Part shown: positions 16,216 to 20,585 of the stretch, piece by piece
How the letters are laid out: each line of letters starts with the position of its first letter
How positions within the stretch are numbered: the stretch's first letter is position 1
Source: Armatimonadota bacterium
Lineage (GTDB): Bacteria > Armatimonadota > Zipacnadia > Zipacnadales > UBA5352
Assembly: GCA_034722055.1 (NCBI GenBank)
Contig: JAYENL010000285.1
Span: forward strand, 1 to 20,585
Length of the DNA: 20,585 nucleotides
Direction: 5' to 3'
Notes under the pieces: model-generated
Seen by the model: only the letters and a program-made list of their open reading frames with translations
Told to the model about the DNA's origin: nothing
Databases searched by the model: none
Translations under genes and position numbers: made by a program

Positions 16216-16248
16216 AGGCCGGACAGTAGTCCGGCCTCTCCATACGGC
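16216..16248 (-). repeat. REP-like GGAG-tagged short hairpin (copy F)
   Basis: Minus strand GCCGTAT-GGAG-AGGCCGGAC-tact-GTCCGGCCT, a perfect 9-bp stem with the same GCCGTAYGGAG foot as copies B and C. Confidence 0.7.
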
Positions 16249-16330
16249 GTGCCCTCCACCGGCAGCGGCCCGGCAAGGGCTGAATGGAGGTCGTGGTCGC
16301 CGTCGTACTCCGGCGCCATGTCGCTTCAGC

Positions 16331-16386
16331 GGAGGGGCCGTCCTGAGGCTCCAGCGTCGTCTTCTGGAGCCGAAGCCGGCCCCTCC
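16331..16386 (+). repeat. GGAG-tagged tandem-GA hairpin (copy G)
   Basis: GGAGGGGCC-gtc-CTGAG-GCTCCAG-cgtcgtctt-CTGGAGC-CGAAG-cc-GGCCCCTCC, lying 7 nt beyond the stop of the 809-aa gene. Confidence 0.85.
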
Positions 16387-16393
16387 TTCTCGT

Positions 16394-18823
16394 CTAGCGG
16401 CGGTTCTCAAGCTGCCACTCGTAGATCGACGGGACGGGCGGCTGCGGGCGTGGGGGCAGGCCGCCCTCCGGCAGCGGATGGACCTTGTTGCCCTCCATCA
16501 CCGCCGGCTCGCCCATGCCCTCGGCCAGCCTCCCGCTTCCGCCGTAGAGAGCGTTGTCGATGAGCTCCACGCCGATGCAGTCGGGCATGCGGAGGCGCAG
16601 CATGGGCGCGTTCTCATCCTGGAGCACGAAGACATTGCCGCGGATGATGTGGTCGAAGCTGGCGTCCTTGGCGTCCACGCCCTCGCCCTCGTTCACCACG
16701 TAGCGGTTGTAGAGGATCAGCCAGCTTTCGTTCATCCCGCCCATCCACAGGCCGTCCCGCTGGGAGGCCACGTCGCAGCCCCAGACCACGTTGCGAGGGC
16801 CGTTGGGGCCGTGTGCAGTGTCCTCGGGCGGTGACGCCCACATGCCGTAGCCGTAAGAGCCATGGCCGCGCGCGGAGGTGATGACGCAGTTCTCGAACAG
16901 GTTCTCGTTCGTCCAGCCCGAGTGCCACTGCCCGTCGCTCTCGTGGAAGACCCCGTTGCGGATGACGTTGCCGGAGGCGGCCCACTGGTAGAGCGGCGCG
17001 TGGCGGAGCTTGAAGGTCTCCACGCCCTCCATGAGGCAGTCGAAGCAGTTGTCCCAGCCACAGTAGGCCGTCCCGCCCCCGCCCTTGAACCAGGCGTCAT
17101 CAAAGACGCAGTCGCGGATGGTGCAGAACTTGGCCATGTGCCCGTAGACCGGGTTGCGCCCGCACATGTAGACCGTCACGCCGCGCGCCCAGCAGTCCCA
17201 GGCATACAGGAACTCGCTGGCGGTGATCCACAGGTTCTCGGTCTGCTCGATGTAGAGGTCCTCCAGCCCGCAGCCGCGGATGACCTCCAGCTTCTGCACG
17301 TAGGAGCCGTCGATGACCGGGAACTCGATGCGCAGAGGCTGGTCGAAGCTGATGGTGCTGCCGTCGATGGCGGCGATCTCGTACATGTTGCGCCGGTAGG
17401 TCCCCCACCGGCAGGCGTTGCGGGTGAGCTCCTTCCAGCGCTCGGTGGCTGGCCCGTCGATGACCACCACGTCGCCAACCTCCAGGCCCTCGGCGCTCTC
17501 CAGCACCACCTGCATGGCGCCCCGCTGGCCGTCCTCGGCAAGTCTCAGCTTCGGCCCGGCGTATCCTCCGCCCACGAAGCCGATGGCGATGTTCGAGCGC
17601 GGGACGTGACGGTGGTCCTCGTAATCACTGTCGAGGACGATGGGCATCTCGAGTCGCTTATCGGCGCCCCCCTTGTACTCGCCGATGCCGATGAGCGTGT
17701 GCTCGCCGTCGTCGAGCCGTTCGAAGGCCTCACGGGCGCTGACAGCGACCGCGAAGGTGTTGCCGGAGTGCGTGCTGCGCTCCCAGTCGCGCAGCAGCAC
17801 CTCGTCGATGGCGATGCGCATCTTCTGCAGACCGGTCGGGGCGCAGTGCAGCTCGACGCGGGTGCCCGGGCCGACCCGGCTCCCCTCCTCGGGCGTGTAG
17901 AAACGAATGCCATCCTTACCGAGGCCGTAGCGGAAGATGACGCGGGTGCGGTCCGCGCCCAGGCCGCGGATGACCACGCCATCGTGGCGCACTGTCACCG
18001 GCCGGTCCAGGTGCCACGTGCCCTCGCCTATCAGCACCGCGCCGCCGCCCGCTTCGCCCGCTGACCGGCAGGCGGCCTCCAGAGCGGCGGAGTCATCGGC
18101 GTCATCGTCGGCCTGGCCGCCGAAGTCCTCGATGCGTGCCGCCACGGGCACGTCCGGGATGTCGCCCTGCACGCCCGCGCGGGTCCAGTCGGGATATACG
18201 AGGCCGTCCGGCCCCACGACATCCGCGGGCGTCAGCTTCTCGGTCTCATCAGGGTCGATCTTGTAGGTGCCCTCCCATGGTGGCTTCATGTCCTCTACCC
18301 CCAGCCTCACGATCTGCAGGTCGTCGAAGTATCCGATCACCGTGGCGGCGTTGTAGCTGTGGAAGTAAAGCTGCATGGCGGCGGCATCGTCGGGAGCGTA
18401 GACGCGGTAGGAGAACGGCCGCCAGCTCTTCTCACTCCCGCTCATGCCCGCCACGTGCGGCTCGGGAACCAGGTTGTTGCCCTCCGCGTCCAGGAAGCCG
18501 CAGTAGATGCCCAGCCCCCCGCCGGAGACCGGGAAGTACCGCCCGCGGATCTCGAAGATGCCCGGGCCCTCGATGTCCAGGGGGGTAGCGCGAACGTTGG
18601 AGCCCTTTCCGTCGATCTCGTCGGCGATCTTCAGGGAGTACTGGCCGCTTGCAGCCTGCTCGTCGGAGAGGCTGCCCATCGGCGGGTCGCCCCGTATCTT
18701 CCAGCCCTCCAGGCCATCCTCGAAGCCGGGGTTGGCCAGCGGCAGAACGGTCTCCTCGGCGGATGCGCCGAACGCAAGCGCGATCAGGATGAGAGTCGCG
18801 GGAGCTGCCAGTCGTGCGCGCAT
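16394..18823 (-). CDS. Secreted protein with an N-terminal CBM4/9-like domain and a pectate_lyase_3-like beta-helix, 809 aa
   Basis: Signal peptide MRARLAAPATLILIALAFGASA-EE; LANPGFEDGLEGW...GYFDDLQI (CBM-like); YPDWTRAGVQGDIP and IEDFGGQADDDADDSAALEAA...GGGAVLIGEGTW...VVIRGLG (beta-helix cap); coils GLEDLYI, TIRDCVF, NLFENC; C-terminal PSIYEWQL. Confidence 0.87.
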   Translation of the reverse strand: MRARLAAPATLILIALAFGASAEETVLPLANPGFEDGLEGWKIRGDPPMGSLSDEQAASGQYSLKIADEIDGKGSNVRATPLDIEGPGIFEIRGRYFPVSGGGLGIYCGFLDAEGNNLVPEPHVAGMSGSEKSWRPFSYRVYAPDDAAAMQLYFHSYNAATVIGYFDDLQIVRLGVEDMKPPWEGTYKIDPDETEKLTPADVVGPDGLVYPDWTRAGVQGDIPDVPVAARIEDFGGQADDDADDSAALEAACRSAGEAGGGAVLIGEGTWHLDRPVTVRHDGVVIRGLGADRTRVIFRYGLGKDGIRFYTPEEGSRVGPGTRVELHCAPTGLQKMRIAIDEVLLRDWERSTHSGNTFAVAVSAREAFERLDDGEHTLIGIGEYKGGADKRLEMPIVLDSDYEDHRHVPRSNIAIGFVGGGYAGPKLRLAEDGQRGAMQVVLESAEGLEVGDVVVIDGPATERWKELTRNACRWGTYRRNMYEIAAIDGSTISFDQPLRIEFPVIDGSYVQKLEVIRGCGLEDLYIEQTENLWITASEFLYAWDCWARGVTVYMCGRNPVYGHMAKFCTIRDCVFDDAWFKGGGGTAYCGWDNCFDCLMEGVETFKLRHAPLYQWAASGNVIRNGVFHESDGQWHSGWTNENLFENCVITSARGHGSYGYGMWASPPEDTAHGPNGPRNVVWGCDVASQRDGLWMGGMNESWLILYNRYVVNEGEGVDAKDASFDHIIRGNVFVLQDENAPMLRLRMPDCIGVELIDNALYGGSGRLAEGMGEPAVMEGNKVHPLPEGGLPPRPQPPVPSIYEWQLENRR

Positions 18824-18871
18824 GAGCCTCGCCTCCGCCCGGTGACCCTGGCGTTGCTGGGCGCTGGAGCT

Positions 18872-18896
18872 TTCGCTGTCGATGGCGTGCGCCCCT
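18872..18896 (-). promoter_or_regulatory. Putative sigma-H-like promoter AGG-N19-GAA
   Basis: Minus strand AGGggcgcacgccatcgacagcGAAag lies about 50 nt upstream of ATG 18823. Confidence 0.35.
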
Positions 18897-18919
18897 TCTG
18901 AGAGGGGCGCGCTGGTTTA

Positions 18920-18964
18920 GGCCGTCCCGACGGCGGCTGCGGGGCAGCCGCACGAGGTCGGCCC
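18920..18964 (+). repeat. Degenerate tandem-GA hairpin (copy I)
   Basis: GGCCG-tc-CCGAC-GGCGGCTGC-ggg-GCAGCCGCA-CGAGG-TCGGCCC. The GGAG tag is absent. Confidence 0.6.
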
Positions 18965-18984
18965 GGTGGTGTGTCGTTATGCGT

Positions 18985-19035
18985 GGGCCGACTTCGCGTC
19001 CGCCGGTGTGCGGCGGCCGCTCAGGCGGCCCCTCC
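18985..19035 (-). repeat. GGAG-tagged tandem-GA hairpin (copy H), inverted partner of I
   Basis: Minus strand GGAG-GGGCCGC-CTGAG-CGGCCGCCG-cacac-CGGCGGACG-CGAAG-TCGGCCC. Both flanks are identical to copy E while the inner stem differs. Confidence 0.8.
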
Positions 19036-19095
19036 GTGGTGTGGGCCTTCGCGTGGCGACCGTTGCGGCGCCAGGCCCTCACACCGCAGCGCAGC

Positions 19096-19119
19096 AGGAC
19101 CAGACGGACGCGGCGAGAA
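19096..19119 (+). promoter_or_regulatory. Putative sigma-H-like promoter AGG-N18-GAA
   Basis: gcAGGAccagacggacgcggcgaGAAac lies about 40 nt upstream of ATG 19159. Confidence 0.35.
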
Positions 19120-19158
19120 ACCCCTTCACGTTCCGTGCCCGACGAAGGGAGAGGCTCC

Positions 19159-20247
19159 ATGACCGGTCGCGAGGTCGCGCTGGCGACGCTGCATCGGGAG
19201 GACGTCGCCCAGCCGTGCATCACCAACTGCTGGATCACGAACTCGGCCTATATGAGCCGGGTGGTGGGGCGCGACTACTGGTCCGACCGGGAGGGCGTGT
19301 TCGCGGAGTTCGTCCGGCGGACCGGCGCCAACTTCGTCCCGCAGTGGTACCTGCCCGGCGAGGCGCAGCGGAAGCTGGAGATGGGCGAGATCATGCACGA
19401 GCTGCATCGCCACGAGGAGGCCGGCTTCCGCTCGCCGGAGGACGTGCTGCGCTGGATCGAGCAGCTCCCCGACGATGAGGTGGTGCGGCGCGACTTTGAC
19501 CTGGAGCGGGCCGCTGAGGACTACGCCGCCGCGATTCTCCAGCACTCGGAGCTGATGGGCCCGGACGTGCTGGTCATCGATTCCTTCGGCCAGGCCGACT
19601 TCATGGGCGGGTACACTCGCTGGGGCTACGAGAACTATCTGCAGGCCGCAGCGTTGTATCCTGACGCCATGCGGCGGTACTACCACCACTCATCGCTGCT
19701 GGGTCGGCTGCGCAATCACGCCATCGTGGAGGCCATCGAGCGCCATCGCCTGGCGCCCTTTGTCTACGGGGGCCAGGACATCTGCACCGCCGGCGGGCCG
19801 ATCATGTCGCCGCAGATGCTGCGCGAGCTGTACTTCCCGGAGCTGCGCTGGTGCGTGGAGCCGCTGGTCAGCGCGGGCATCGGCATCATCTGGCACTGCG
19901 ATGGAGACATCCTGCCGATCCTGGATGACATCCTCAGCCTGGGCGTGATGGGTCTGCAGGGATTCGAGGAGGAGCACGGGCCGCGGTGGGAGGACATGTG
20001 CGCGCTGACGGATCCCGACGGCCGGCCCATCAGCGTGTGGGGCTGCGTGTCGGTGACCACGACGCTGCCCCACGGGTCGCCGGAGGACGTGCGGCGGGCG
20101 GTGGAGCGCTCCTTCACTGTCGCGGGCCGGGGCAGGGGCCACGTGCTGTCCTCAACCAGCAGCATCCTGCCGGACGTCCCGCATGAGAACATCGACGCCC
20201 TGTTCGAGCATGCGGTGCGCTTCGGTCGCGAGTTCCTGGGCGGGTAG
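19159..20247 (+). CDS. Uroporphyrinogen decarboxylase / MtaA-CmuA-like family protein, 362 aa
   Basis: SD GGGAGAGG precedes ATG 19159. MTGREVALATL, GQDICTAGGPIMSPQMLRELYFP, IIWHCDGDILPILDDILSLGVMGLQGFE, WGCVSVTTTLPHGSPEDV and ILPDVPHENI. Confidence 0.88.
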   Translation: MTGREVALATLHREDVAQPCITNCWITNSAYMSRVVGRDYWSDREGVFAEFVRRTGANFVPQWYLPGEAQRKLEMGEIMHELHRHEEAGFRSPEDVLRWIEQLPDDEVVRRDFDLERAAEDYAAAILQHSELMGPDVLVIDSFGQADFMGGYTRWGYENYLQAAALYPDAMRRYYHHSSLLGRLRNHAIVEAIERHRLAPFVYGGQDICTAGGPIMSPQMLRELYFPELRWCVEPLVSAGIGIIWHCDGDILPILDDILSLGVMGLQGFEEEHGPRWEDMCALTDPDGRPISVWGCVSVTTTLPHGSPEDVRRAVERSFTVAGRGRGHVLSSTSSILPDVPHENIDALFEHAVRFGREFLGG

Positions 20248-20266
20248 GCGAAATCCGCCGTGTTGC

Positions 20267-20293
20267 AGGTCTCAGGCCCCCGCCAGGTGAATA
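20267..20293 (+). promoter_or_regulatory. Putative sigma-H-like promoter AGG-N19-GAATA
   Basis: gcAGGtctcaggcccccgccaggtGAATAc lies about 95 nt upstream of ATG 20389. Confidence 0.45.
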
Positions 20294-20388
20294 CCGTCAA
20301 TCACTCGACTCGGCAGCGGAAGCGGCGGACGTGAGGCGGACACACGGCAGGCTGAGCACAGGCAGGTTCGCGGCGCGAGGTGATCCGG

Positions 20389-20585
20389 ATGGACTCGCTG
20401 GTGCAGGTGCTTCAGGAGACTGCAGCGCGGCGACCCGACCGGCGGGCATTGGTCGCCGGTGAGGTGCAGATGAGTTGGGGGGAGGTGTCTGGTGCTGTGG
20501 ACGCGGTGGCCCGCGGGCTGCTGAAGCTGGGCATCGAGCCGGGCGACCGGGTGGCCCTGGTGCTGCCCAACTGCCCGCAGTTCGT
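20389..20585 (+). CDS. N-terminus of an AMP-binding enzyme (long-chain acyl-CoA ligase-like), truncated by the window end
   Basis: Not in the ORF track. SD GAGGTGA, then MDSLVQVLQETAARRPDRRALVAGEVQMSWGEVSGAVDAVARGLLKLGIEPGDRVALVLPNCPQF. LGIxPGDRVAxxLPN is the ANL-family N-terminal signature. Confidence 0.9.
   Translation, partial: MDSLVQVLQETAARRPDRRALVAGEVQMSWGEVSGAVDAVARGLLKLGIEPGDRVALVLPNCPQF

Noticed and set aside
489..19035. Repeats as a CRISPR array
   Set aside because: Copies are dispersed, occur in both orientations, have no regular spacers, and no cas genes are present.

Overview
High-GC bacterial genomic DNA with 12 apparently intact CDS (two cut by the window edges) and one frameshifted transporter. 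The gene content resembles glycan-degrading Armatimonadota/PVC-type bacteria, but this is inference only. Order: partial TPR protein (+); ~1526-aa secreted multidomain heparinase II/III-like and beta-propeller protein (-); amidohydrolase (+); USP-domain protein (-); frameshifted APC amino-acid permease-USP fusion (-); pectate-lyase-like beta-helix protein (+); GH18-like protein (+); C45 Ntn-hydrolase (-); URO-D/MtaA-like protein (-); second C45 (-); CBM plus beta-helix protein (-); second URO-D-like protein (+); partial acyl-CoA ligase (+). No rRNA, tRNA, CRISPR array or transposase was seen. The most interesting signals lie outside the ORF track. (1) A dispersed family of mostly GGAG-tagged intergenic hairpins; six copies conserve a tandem G.A/A.G internal loop with compensatory changes, and copies often occur in inverted pairs. 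(2) A recurring AGG-N18-20-GAA (sigma-H-like) motif upstream of six transcription units. (3) A likely microhomology-mediated deletion that frameshifts the permease. (4) A probable ATA start codon that restores a signal peptide to the giant protein.
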